Assembly: GCA_051453625.1 (NCBI GenBank)
Contig: JBOZIK010000001.1
Span: forward strand, 5,025,464-5,080,888
Length of the DNA: 55,425 bases
Origin: Welwitschia mirabilis
Taxonomy: Eukaryota
Direction: 5' to 3'
The position numbers were made by a program, and so were the translations under genes. Positions 1 to 12,449 of the stretch are shown here, piece after piece; within the stretch, counting starts at the first letter, position 1, and every line of letters begins with the position of its first letter. The notes beneath the pieces are model-generated. The model did not search any database, had not been told where the DNA came from, and saw only the letters and a list, made by a program, of their open reading frames with translations.

Positions 1-3000
1 AGCTTAAAGAAAATCATTAAGTTTATAGGACCATGATTTCTTATTAAAAAATGAGCATCTTTTTAATTTCTTTATTTGCATTTTTGGCTTGGCCATTAGT
101 CTGAGGATGATAAGCACATGCAATTCTATGTTTAATTCCAATGGATAAAAGAAGTTTCCCAAAAAGGTAATTAATAAAATAAGTTCCTTAATCACTAATG
201 ATGATTCTAAGAAAACCAAATGTTAAAAGATATAAATTTAGAAAAAATTTCANNNNNNNNNNNNNNNNNNNNNNNNNNNNNNNNNNNNNNNNNNNNNNNN
301 NNNNNNNNNNNNNNNNNNNNNNNNNNNNNNNNNNNNNNNNNNNNNNNNNNNNNNNNNNNNNNNNNNNNNNNNNNNNNNNNNNNNNNNNNNNNNNNNNNNN
401 NNNNNNNNNNNNNNNGGGGCATATCTTAAGAACAAGTTATGATATCATAACATTAATAAGAATAAAACCTTCTAGTAAAGTAAAATGAGTCTTTAAAAAT
501 GGTAAGCTAATAAAAACTAGAATGAAGAACTTTTATTGTAGTCTTTTGGTTATTAATGTATCCCTTACATATCCCAACATGGCAAAGTTTAAGGATTTCT
601 AAGCTTTCTCATTCAGGAATACATTTTCGCATGATTTGCTCTTTACATCTTTTATAAAGATTGGGTCCATTCCACTTATAGTTACTAATCCTATAGGGAA
701 AAGATTTGCATTAGTTATTGTTTCAATATTGAGGTGTTTTTATAGTAATAAAGTAGTTCACAATATCAACATACTAAGGAGTGGAATGAGTAGAAGAGAT
801 GGCATAAAGTTATTCAATAGTAAATAGTTGTTCATTTGGAAAGGATTCATTTATGGGAAGTCATCATGAAATAAAAAAAGTCAAGATTGATGATATGTAA
901 TACTATTATGTTTTCTAGCTCTATTGATGATGGGAGATTAAATTCTTGCATGAGAAGAATCCACATAATAAGTCTAGCACTAGAATCTTTCTTAGTCATA
1001 AGATAGCATATAATTGCATGATCTATGTAGACATTGATGTGAAAGCCAAGAAGATAGTATCTAAGATGATTAAGGCAAATGATAATGGCAAACATTTTCC
1101 TTTTAGTAGTAGTATAGTTAGATTGGACATTGGACAAAGTTTTACTAAGATAGAATATAACTTTAAAATCATTTTCATATTTTTAGCTAAGAACCCACCC
1201 ATAGCAATGTTGCTTGTGTCNNNNNNNNNNNNNNNNNNNNNNNNNNNNNNNNNNNNNNNNNNNNNNNNNNNNNNNNNNNNNNNNNNNNNNNNNNNNNNNN
1301 NNNNNNNNNNNNNNNNNNNNGGTCTTTACATCTTCTATAAAGATTGGGTCCATTCCACTTATAGTTACTAATCCTATATAGAAAAGATTTACATTAGTTA
1401 TGGTTTCAATATTCAGGTGTTTTTTAAGTAATAAAGTAGTTCACAATATCAACATACTAAGGAGTGTAATGAGTAGAAGAGATGGCATAAAGTTATTCAA
1501 TATTAAATAGTTGTTCATTTAGAAAGGATTCATTTATGGCAAGTCATCATGAAATAAAAAAAGTCAAGATTGATGATATGTAACACTCTTATGTTTTCTA
1601 GCTCTATTGATGATGGGAGATTAAATTCTTTCATGAGACGAATCCACATAATAAGTCTAGCATTAGAATTTTTCTTAGTTATAAGATAGCATATAATTGC
1701 ATGATCTAAGCCAAGAAGATAGTATCTAAGATGATTAAGGCAAATAATAATGGCAAAAATTTTCCTTTTAGTAGTAGTATAGTTAGATTGAACATTGGAC
1801 AAAGTTTTACTAAGATAGAATATAAATTTAAAATCATTTTCGTATTTTTAGCTAAGAACCCACTCATAACAATGTTACTTGTGTCACACATGAGTTTGAA
1901 ATCTCTAGTCTAATCAGAACCTGTGATAATAGGTTCAAAATAAATGTTTTCCTTAAGTGTATCAAACACAAATTGACATGAATCATTCTAATCAAATTTA
2001 GCATCTTTTTCAAGTAGTAAGTGAAAGGGTTTACAGACATTGATATAATCATGAATAAAATGATAATAAAAACCAACATAACAAAGAAATAGTGTAACTT
2101 ATTTGATATTGATTAGAGGGCTAAGGTTTTTAATGATACCAACTTTTGTAGGATCATCTTAATCCCTTCCTTAGAAATGTAGTAACCTAAAATAATTCCA
2201 TTATTGACAACCAAAAAACTTTTTTCCTAGCTCAAGTATAGGCCACTTTCTATACATTGATCTAAGACTTTCTCTAATATTTTTATGATTTATTCAAAAG
2301 TTTTATCAAAGATGGGGAAGTAATCCATAAATATTTTAATAGAATTCTCTATCATGTCAGAAAATATCCTTATCATTGTCTATTATAAAGTTCCAAGGGC
2401 ATTGCAAAGCTCAAATGACATTTGTTTAAAGGCAAAGATTCCAAAGAGTAAGGTAAAGGTTATTTTTTCNNNNNNNNNNNNNNNNNNNNNNNNNNNNNNN
2501 NNNNAAATAATAGTAGGCATGAAATTGGATTGTATCAAGCATTTGATCATGAAAGAGTAAAGGGAAATGATCCTTTTTAGTGTCCTCATTAATTTTTCTA
2601 AAATCAATGCACATTTCCATTTTTCATTCTTTTTTAGAACTACTATTAAAGAGCTAATCCACTTATTATCAGATATAGCATAAATGATCCTATCATCCAT
2701 AAGTTTAATAATTTCATTTTTAACTACTTTATTAAGGGTTGGGTTGAGCCTTTGTTAGGATTACCTAATAGGTTTAGCATTATTATCAAGTTAAATTTTG
2801 TGTTAGACCATGGAAAAAAGGATGGCAGCTAAGTATTTATGGGTTCAAACAAAAGCATCTTCTTANNNNNNNNNNNNNNNNNNNNNNNNNNNNNNNNNNN
2901 NNNNNNNNNNNNNNNNNNNNNNNNNNNNNNNNNNNNNNNNNNNNNNNNNNNNNNNNNNNNNNNNNTAAATGATCCTATCATCCATAAGTTTAATAATTTC

Positions 3001-3950
3001 ATCTTTAACTACTTTATTAAGGGTTGGGTTGAGCCTTTGTTGGGATTACCTAATAGCTTTAGCATTATTGTCAAGTTAAATTTTGTGTTAGACCATGAAA
3101 AAAGGGATGGAAGCTAAGTATTTATGGGTCCAAACAAAAGCATCTTCTTTAAAAGTTAAAAGGCAAATCAAGATAAATTCTTATTGAGAATTAAGAAGTT
3201 CACTTATTATTTAAGGTTTCTTCAATTATTAAATAAGAAAATATATTTTAAATCCTTAAGTAACTTCTTCAATTGTACATTGAAATTTTCACTTGTCATC
3301 CTATCTATTGTGGGGATGATAGATGTGGAAGGACACTCTTCAAAAAGTTTTCTATTAAGTAAACATGTTGGGTTTCCTTCCATTTAAAAGATTCCTTATT
3401 CTTTTATTTAAGTTATCATATAAAGTTGTTCTATGTAGCATTATCAATCTTTCCTTAGTTGGGCAATGTTGTAAAAATAAGGTTGGTTTAAGTTCTTATT
3501 TTGAGTTAAACTCATCTCTTATTTATTTTTTAGTAGCATCAAAAACTCAAATGATGAACTTCTTATTATCTATATGACATTCCATCATTCTAGTTTATGT
3601 GTCAATGGTATAGTGGGTAGTTGCACACAAGGATCTTTCTAAGAGTAGTGGATGACCTCCATCATGTTCTACCTTAATGATAATTACATCTATGGGGTAA
3701 AAAACTTCCTCTATTTGGATGTCTAGGTCCTTGATAATTCCTAAGGATTTCTTAATTAAATTATTAACCAATTCCAAGATAATTCCTATAGGTTCTATTC
3801 TATGTTTCAACCAAAGACTTTTAAATATCTGAAGAGGCATGATATATACACTAACTCCTATGTTAAGTAAATCTTTTCAAATTCTTTTATTTCCTTTTAA
3901 AGTGATACTTATTGTTACTACTTCAGGGTCTTTAAATTTAGAACATTTTT
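1..3950 (-). pseudogene. pol: Decayed pol of element A: integrase (1-~820), RNase H (~850-1900, duplicated across a gap), RT (~1900-2760), aspartic protease (~3590-3950)
   Basis: Minus-strand motifs: integrase FGFLRIIISD*GTYF...AYHPQTNGQA; RNase [83 protein letters not shown]; protease GIIKDLDIQIEEVFYPIDVII...PLLLERS. Many stops and frameshifts. Confidence 0.9.
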
Positions 3951-5600
3951 TATAACTAAGTTGAAAATCAATTGAGAAAGAAAAACTTTACTGGGAATGG
4001 TACATTTTTATTTTCTTCTTACTAAGTCTTTTCAAACTTAGAGCATTTAGGATTTTCTTTCAAGAGTTTCCAAAAAGATAAGTTGATGTTTACTTCTTGC
4101 ATCAAGGTCTTTAAGTACTCATTATAGGGAGGATTTGTATTTAACCTATCAAGCTAAGGAGTAGATGATTTCTTCCCTTTATTTTTATGTGAAGAATTTT
4201 TTGTAGAGGTCTTAGCATGTAAGGTTGATGAAAAGTTATATGAGTCCAAAATTTTTACATCATCTTTTTTATTACCTTTTTCATTATTTTTGGAAGTTCA
4301 TACCTTATGAATAGGAGGTGTTGTATCATTTTCACTTCTTTTTACTACCTTCAAAACTCTCTTGACTTCATTTGGATTGGGTAAAGGTTGACATGCAAGA
4401 GACATTTGTGGTCTTGATTAGTAAGTATTGTTTGTTAAAGTCATTTGTTAAAGTACATTCACTAAATTTTTAGTATTATTATTATTCTTTTCAATATTAC
4501 TATTAGTCTTTTCTTCCACATTTTTTAATTCTCTATGGAATCTCTCAGTGAATCATTTTAATTTGATTAAAAACTAAGATTATTTGGTTAGAAGTTTGAA
4601 TTTTTGAATTATTCTCAAATAGTTTCCATTGTGATTTTCCACCTAATATTTGTTGAAATTATAATCGAATTTTAAATTTAGATATTCTTTGGTTGAATGC
4701 ATANNNNNNNNNNNNNNNNNNNNNNNNNNNNNNNNNNNNNNNNNNNNNNNNNNNNNNNNNNNNNNNNNNNNNNNNNNNNNNNNNNCATGTTGAAGTTGTG
4801 TTTTTTCCTTTTACTATCTTTGCATCAACTATCAATTGAGTGTACTTCTTTAAAGTGGTAGTTAAATCCTTAATTAAGTTGGTTGAATTATCTCTCTCTT
4901 CTTTCTTGTCATGTTTTACTTCCTTTAAATTTTTTATGATTTGGCCTATATTTTTATTTTCGTTAATGGGTTTTGACTGAGTTTGAATTATTTCTCATAT
5001 ATTTTCAAAAACATTTCATTGCATCCCCTAAGACTAAGTTCATCAAGTTGCGAACACAAAAAAAGTCTAAAAGTTGTTTAATTTGAGTATTCAATCCATT
5101 ATAGAAATAATTGACTAATTCTTATTTATAGAATTCATCAACATGATTGGAATGAATAGCTATGATAAAACATTCATATGTTATGGCATAATTATTATGA
5201 GGTTGTTTTTAAAAGTTGATAACTTTTTTTCATCTTTTTCTTATGGTACTTTTACTCAAAAATCTTTTAATAAAAACTTCTTGCAGTTGATTCCATGATT
5301 TAAGATTCTTGTATGGAATGGTTTTGAGCCAAACTTTTGCCTTTTCTATAATTATGAATAGAAAGATAATCATGTAAGTACAATCGCTAATGCATTTTTC
5401 TCCTTTTCTTGAGGCAAGTACAAGTTTTTCAATATTAGCTAGATGTTAGAAAGGGTCTTCCTTAGGTTCCCCTGAGAATGTTGAATAGGAACTTAAGTTT
5501 CTTAATTCTATATCATTCCTAGTAAGTAAATTGAAAGGATTTTGGATTTCATATTTTATCTTATTAATTAAATCTCTAAATGTAATATTTTCATTCGAAT
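3950..5600 (-). pseudogene. gag: Decayed gag of element A (Retrotrans_gag-like)
   Basis: Minus strand ~5270-5490 reads TFSGEPKEDPF*HL ... EKAKVWLKTIPYKNLKSWNQLQEVFIKRF, matching the gypsy gag pattern F.G...EDP..HL / KAK.WL / W..L...F...F. Confidence 0.8.
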
Positions 5601-6359
5601 TTAAAGTTACCATTTGTTATTATGAGTGATGTATTAAAAAAAGTGATTTGTTTTGCTTTTACAAGGATGTTGACAGAGATGAAGAAGAAATAACATGATC
5701 TACTTCTATGCAATTTGTTTTCAAAAATTTATTTTGCAAACTCTAATTATAAAATAATATAAGTAGAAAATCCTCTTCTTTAAATCTTGAAATTTATGTA
5801 CATGAAATATGCGAAAATGGATTTTGCTCAAAGTCTAATAATCATTCTCTGATATTTTATTGAATCAAGTTTTTCTCTTTCTGATATTTTGTCTTTCTAT
5901 TAGAATTCACCATGTCCCATGCATACTTTAGAGAGAAAACAAAAATTAAAATTAAAGATAAATGACAGTAACCCATCTAGTCACAGGGATAATAGGAGGA
6001 ACAATGATCACAATAGTGGAAAATTAAAATCAAAGAAAATTATTGTCATTAAATAAATAGACTATTGTCTATCTTGTTTTGGGGTTGACAAATAAGATAA
6101 TTGTAATTTTTATTACTGCTATTGATAAAACGAAAAATTAAAAAAAGAAATAAATTCAAAAATTTGGATTATCATTTCTAGTGTTATGGGGACAAGAGAA
6201 AGGATAATAATAAATTTTTTTAATTATGAAAAATGAAAATTACTAAAATAAACTTACTAAAGTATAGATAAGAATACAATACTATTTTAAATAAACAACT
6301 TGAATTAAAATTCAAGGCATTTATCTAAATAGTAACAATCCTCTAGCTCCTTATGACCT

Positions 6360-6377
6360 TTCCCGATAATGACGCCA
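6360..6377 (-). promoter_or_regulatory. Primer-binding site of element A (tRNA-Asp type)
   Basis: Reverse complement is TGGCGTCATTATCGGGAA versus canonical TGGCGCCGTTGCCGGGGA; it lies 3 nt inside the LTR end CAACA. Confidence 0.85.
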
Positions 6378-6380
6378 AAA

Positions 6381-7611
6381 TGTTGGGGTGTGAATTTATG
6401 CAACTTGTAAGTCCTTAAGCAAAACTTATAAATTATAATACTTGTAGAAAACACATACTAGTATAGATAAGAGTAAACTTGAATATCATAATTCATTGAA
6501 GGCACTATGCTAGAAGTTAGAGAATTGATTTCACAAAGTATTTTAGTCTTTTCTATTTTAGTAANNNNNNNNNNNNNNNNNNNNNNNNNNNNNNNNNNNN
6601 NNNNNNNNNNNNNNNNNNNNNNNNNNNNNNNNNNNNNNNNNNNNNNNNNNNNNNNNNNNNNNNNNNNNNNNNNNNNNNNNNNNNNNNNNNNNNNNNNNNN
6701 NNNNNNNNNNNNATCACTTGTTCCTAACCAATATAAACTATAAGATATGCCAAATTGAATATGAATAATGCAAATATGAAAATGGAATGAAATAGAATGT
6801 AATGCCAAATCTAAACTAACAGAGTCAACCTTAACAAAGGTTACTCTTATGATCTAAATAAACTATAGAGTTGTCATTGACAACTTAAATCATAAAGAAC
6901 ATTTACAAAATAGGAGTGAAAAGAGTTCTTAAATTAATCATCAATTTAATATCTACTTACAATAATCTAGCAGCACCTCAATGGAGGATACTCATACCAA
7001 CACTAAGATAAGCTTATATCTATAGCTACTAGATGAACCTCTTATCCTTCAATCTTCCATCACAAGGATATCTGGTATAAAAGATGAAAATGAAAGTAAA
7101 GAAAATAGAGGGTATTTATAGTTTTACATTGAATTTTTAGAAGTTCAACCATAAGAATTGGAGAAAAAACCCTAACAACTCATATGGGCTGCATGAACCC
7201 ATTACAAAGATAAGTCTTTTCATCCATGCAAAAATAGGTGTTGTCTTAAGTTCATGGGGATGATACTCCATGACAAAAAGTAATTCATTATCTTCAGGCC
7301 TCATAGCTAACTCCATAAATTTGATCCATGTCAATAGTACTATCATCCTACTTATCATGGAAATGACATAGGGGATGATAATTCTCTCTATCTTCTAGCT
7401 TAAAGGGAAATCAGTCTTATAGTAAATCTTTCCTTTAAGGCATAAATTATCAAACTAATCTTAATATGCCTCCAAATATGCTAATAATTGCATGTTTCAA
7501 TAAACATCCTATTAATTATTCATAAATGCAGAAGTGCATACAAACTTGTATAAATGTCCTACAAAAATACTTAAAATACTCATAAAATTCCTATAAATTG
7601 GCATTGCAACA
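6381..7611 (-). repeat. 5' LTR of element A (TGTTG...CAACA)
   Basis: Minus strand begins TGTTGCAATGCCAATTTATAGGAATTT, alignable by eye with LTR starts at 37523 and 43757; it ends CAACA immediately before the PBS. Confidence 0.85.
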
Positions 7612-7989
7612 CCATTCTTAATGTAATATTACATATTTTCCTTTACTCTTAATAAAAAAATACTTTTTTAATATGTCATAATTTTTTATGAAACTTTGAT
7701 TCCTACATGAGGTAGTTCATGCGTTTATAACATTAGTTTTCTTCTCCATTAGTCTTATAGTTGGTAAGTAATCATCTTATAAAATTATGAAGGTTTCTAT
7801 ACTTTAGCATTACTATAATAAATGAAATATTTATCCAAAATGTGGATCATTAGGGAGTTTCTGTTTTGTGTACCTAGAAATATGAGAAGTCACACTGCTA
7901 ATGAATATATGTTACATTCTTCATAAGGAATCTACTCTCTTATGTTATTTTCCTAGTGTATGATGGAGATTAAAGTTGTATTTTGCTAC

Positions 7990-8217
7990 TAATTACTCCC
8001 ACCATCTTTGTCTTTTATTCAGTAATGGTTATTTCTAAAAGCACTATAAACTCTTATGATCAATTTTTAGTAGGAATTTATCCCCAAAAGAATACAAATT
8101 TAATCTTCATTATACACTAGGAATTTACCCCCATCATCTTTATCTCATATTCAATAATGGTTATTTCTAAAAGTATAATAAACTCGTATGATTAGTTATT
8201 AGTAGCAATTTACCCTA
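7990..8217. repeat. Two diverged direct copies about 130 bp apart
   Basis: The segment catcttt.tct..tattca.taatggttatttctaaaag...taaactc.tatgat...ttagtag.aattta occurs at ~7990-8085 and ~8122-8217 with no N gap between. Confidence 0.75.
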
Positions 8218-8439
8218 AGAAAGTAATATCACTAGAGTTTTAAGGTCTAAACAATAACTAACAATTCTAAATCATGAATTGAATAATTCTTTTTATGTTT
8301 ATTAAATTTCCTAGACTCATATCACATTCCTCTTTTCATTTTAACTTATCCCTATGGTAGTTCATCTCTATTATCTTCAAAAGAGTGCTAATATTAATGA
8401 AAGCTTTATTCTCAAGAAGATTACCTTGCATCTATGAGT

Positions 8440-8904
8440 AAAGCTAGATGTTACTATGAATTTGGGGAAGTTTATAAATAAATTTGTCAATTGAGAAAAT
8501 ATTAGAATTAATCTTCTATAGAATCTTACTATTTCTAAGAAACTTTAGAGGTCTATTATTCTTTTTAACTCTATGCCATTTATTTACTTCTTGAATTTTT
8601 ATAGGCTTTGTTGCAATCTCTTGTTTAAGGATAACATGCCCTAGTAGCTTATTTCTATCTAGAAAAAAATCACATTTACTTAATTTAGATTTGAGCTTAT
8701 GGTTTTTTAATAGTTGTAAAACCTTATTGAGGTGATCCACATGTGCCTTTCTATCTTTTAATTAGACTAGAATGTCATCCAAGAACATTATTACAAATTT
8801 ATCTAGATATGAATGAAATGCATAATTCATTAAACTCATGAATGTTATAGGAGTATTAGATAGTTCAAATCATATTACCATAAATTAATAATATTCATAT
8901 CTTA

Positions 8905-8948
<44 letters not shown>

Positions 8949-11100
8949 TTATTATTTGGTGATACCTAGATATCAAATCAACTTTTGAGAAGAATTTAGC
9001 TTTCTATAACTAATCTAGTATATTATCAGATTTATTAACCTCATTTAACTACTGGTAGTCAATGCACAAGCTTAGTCTATCATTGTGTATATGTGTGTAT
9101 GTGCGTTTTTTTTAAACAAAAANNNNNNNNNNNNNNNNNNNNNNNNNNNNNNNNNNNNNNNNNNNNNNNNNNNNNNNNNNNNNNNNNNNNNNNNNNNNNN
9201 NNNNNNNNNNNNNNNNNNNNNNTGATCTACATGTGCCTTTCTATCTTTTAATTAGATCAAAATTTCATCCAAGAAAATTATTACAAATTTATCGAGATAT
9301 GAATGAAATGCATCATTCATTAAACTCATGAATGTTATAGGATTATTAGATAGTTCAAATCATATTACCATAAATTAATAATATTCATATCTTATTCTGA
9401 ATGCTATTACATATATTTAGTGATACCTAGATCTCAAATCAACTTTTGAGAAGAATTTACTTCCTACAACTAATCTAGCAGATTATCAGATTTATTAACC
9501 TCATNNNNNNNNNNACTACTAGGAGTCAATGCACAAGCTTAGTCTATCATTGTGTGTATGTGTGTATGTGTGTTTTTTTTAAACAAACAATATAGGAGAA
9601 CCTTAGGGAGATATACTTATGAAAATTTTTCCTTCTAATAAAAGTTGTTCTAGTTGTAATTTTAACTCTCTAAGTTTCACAGCTAAGAATGTGTATGGGA
9701 CCTTGCTAATGGTTGTGCTCTAGGAATTAAGTCTATGATGTGCTTTACTTTCTCTTATAGGTGATAAAGCTATAGTTTCTTTAAATAGTAGGCTAAATTA
9801 CTACAACTCCTCTAAAAGAACATGATACAAAAAACTTATGGCTTTCTATTTAATTAGATCTAGAAACAACTATTCTTGTGATACTATCTTTTTGATTTAT
9901 TTTTTAGTTTCTAATAATGTATTCTTATTTTATCTCTTTCTATTAAGTATTTAGTCCCTAAATAAGGATGTGAATATCAAGATTCATTGATAGAAATTTA
10001 TTCCAATGTTATATTTAATCATAAAAGACATTTCTAAAATGGATTCATAGTTATTGGTGGTGAGAACATAAAGTTATACTTAAATTTTAAGTTTTGAAAT
10101 TGTAAAGGTTATTCATCCTCCTATCTCATCTTATGAAAGAATATTTCCTCTTACTATTTCTATGAAAAAATTGAGATTTTAAAAGGGTAGGGGGATATTT
10201 AATTTTTAAAATAAAAAAGAAAAGATGAAATTATGAGAATCACCACTATTAATTAAAAATAGAACTAGAAAATAAGACATGAAAACTAGTAATTCTAAAA
10301 TAGAAAATTAGTTCATTACCAAACTTATGTGAATAGTGGAACATAGCATTTCATAAGTGATCTTAGATGTTACTATCCCTGAGATTGGTTATGAGTGGGA
10401 GGTAAAGTTCTAAAGCCTTTAAAGAAATTTTTTTAACTATGTGAACTTTTTTTTCCTACATTTGTGATAGATGATGTTACTTTTGAATTCTTTATGAGGA
10501 GGTTAGTTCCTGATATAAGTGATCTTAATGGTATTCATAATTTAATTTTTAGACCATCTATTTTCTTGTACATCCAGATAGTACTTTTTTTTCATATAAG
10601 TATCCTCAATAGATTTAATATTCAAAGTGTAAATAATGCTTTAGACCTTAATAAAAAGTATGTCAATGAAATTATTGATAAGCTACTTAATAGAAGAATT
10701 ATTTTAAATATTCATGAGGTATTAAAATTTTGATTAGTGATAATCTTATAGGAATTTTTATAAGCCTAGACACTAAAAGTCAAATATCTAATCCTTAACA
10801 AAGTCATCAAGATGAACGTATTTTAAATTCTTCTATGAAAGTATCCTAAGTAACTTTATGATTTAGTTTTACTAATATCTAATCCATCATTTTCTATGCC
10901 TTTCTGATAATATAATTACTAACAGAGTTTTATCTTTTCTTATGTGGTGTATTTTGGAGGGTAAAATATTTCACTACTTATTGAAGATGGGATATAACTT
11001 TCTCACAAGTTACTACTTTACCCTTATAAATTTGTAGATGAATCATTTTAATTATTTTATTATTATCTCATTCATCTATTATTAGGTTGATAGTTTTATT
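8440..11100 (-). pseudogene. gag-pol: Element F: truncated chromovirus/Tekay-like Ty3/gypsy gag-protease-RT remnant
   Basis: Minus-strand RT motifs HLNKVLQLLKNHKLKSKLSKCDF...[20 protein letters not shown]...[36 protein letters not shown]; gag motifs VT*DTFIEEF (~10840) and YKGKVVTCEKVISHLQ*VVKYF (~11000). No RNase H or integrase seen downstream. Confidence 0.8.
8911..8944. repeat. (TA)17 microsatellite inside the RT remnant
   Basis: Directly visible perfect TA run. Confidence 0.95.
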
Positions 11101-11544
11101 GAATAATAATGCTTGTAAATTTGCTTTTGCATTTAAGAGTATTATTTATAGACTTTATAGAATGATTTTTCTAATAGAGGAATTTTATTTAAAAGTGAAT
11201 GCCTATTTAAGTAGTATCTGCAAATCATATTTCATTAGGTAGTCTAATCATTCTAAGCACAAAAGAAAGAATTCTATCCTACTAGAGATATCTTGATTTT
11301 GTAAGTAAATTTTATTTAATTAGTTCTTAACTATATACATTTGAGAATTAATCCTCTACCTCATAACTCTTTAGTTGATTTTATATTTCTCTTATACCAT
11401 GTCCTTATTAGTGGACTCAATAGGTTTTCTTTAAGAAATATGTTTGGTGATTATTGATAATTATTTAATGCTTAGTAACTATTAAGAGGTTTATTTGTAA
11501 TGTTTGCCACTATCATAACTATTGTAACTACTTAANNNNNNNNN

Positions 11545-12240
11545 NAGAGGTAGGAAACTATGACATTAAGCATGAAGAGGTAGGCAACTGTGATCTTGAA
11601 CTTGGAGTAGTTAATTATGACATTGGGGCTATGAGGTAACAAAGGTAACATTAGTATCCATAATTAAGTGTAACACTAGCATTTCAACTATAATGTTATC
11701 TTTCAACTATGACATTAGACTTTATGACTAATTCTAACATTGATCTTCTAATAGAGACATTAGGTGTTATAGTCAAGTGTAACATAGACCTTCCAATTAC
11801 GATGTTAAGTGTTGTAACCAAGTGTAACATTGACTCTCTAACTATGAATCAACCTCTAACTATGATTTTGGACTTCAAGACGAAGTGCAACATTTACCTT
11901 TCAATTGCGATGTTAGACCTCATGACTAGATTCAAAGTTAGCCCTTCAACTATGATGTTCACCTCTAACAAGAAGTTTAAACTCTATGACCAAGTGAAAC
12001 ATTAACCTTCCAACTATGACGTTGTGCCTTATAGCCAAGTGTGGCATTAATCCTTTAACTGTGAGGTCATCCTATGACTATGATGTTGAACTTCATGACT
12101 AAGTATGATGTTTGCCTTCTAACTATAGCACCTGGCTTCATGACTAAGTGTGAGTTAGCATTCAACTATAATATTAAACTCTATGACCAAGTGTAATTTC
12201 AAATTTCTAACTATGATTTCAAGCACTATGACTAAGTGTG
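11545..12240. repeat. Degenerate tandem array with ~45-bp unit (approx. ATGACCAAGTGTAACATTGACCTTCCAACTATGATGTTGAACCTC)
   Basis: Recurring atgac(c/t)aagtgt and (c/t)aactatgat motifs spaced ~45 bp; the spurious ORF 11709-12005 repeats KCNI with a 15-aa period. Confidence 0.85.
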
Positions 12241-12449
12241 AATTTAAATGTGAGGATTTTAACTACATTTAACTAGAGTTAGTAAATAGTCTTACCATAG
12301 TTAACTAAACTATAGTGTAATTTTTTGAACTAAAGTTATAGGTTATCTAATCCTAGGACCTTTATTATAAATAAAGTTGGCAATTTTTTAATACATTTTA
12401 CACATGAAGTGGTTCAATCTTCTTTTTCTAGATATGCCTTTATTTTATT

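Larger units (their letters stand above)
1..7611 (-). mobile_element. Element A: degenerate Ty3/gypsy LTR retrotransposon, Athila lineage; 3' part runs off the window start
   Basis: Minus-strand order is LTR (7611-6381), tRNA-Asp-type PBS, gag, protease, RT, RNase H, integrase. This is the gypsy domain order, and a tRNA-Asp PBS is typical of Athila. Confidence 0.9.

Noticed and set aside
11545..12240. CRISPR-like appearance of regularly spaced repeats, and ORF 11709-12005
   Set aside because: Units are contiguous degenerate tandem copies without unique spacers, there are no cas genes and the context is a plant TE. The ORF periodicity merely reflects the DNA repeat.
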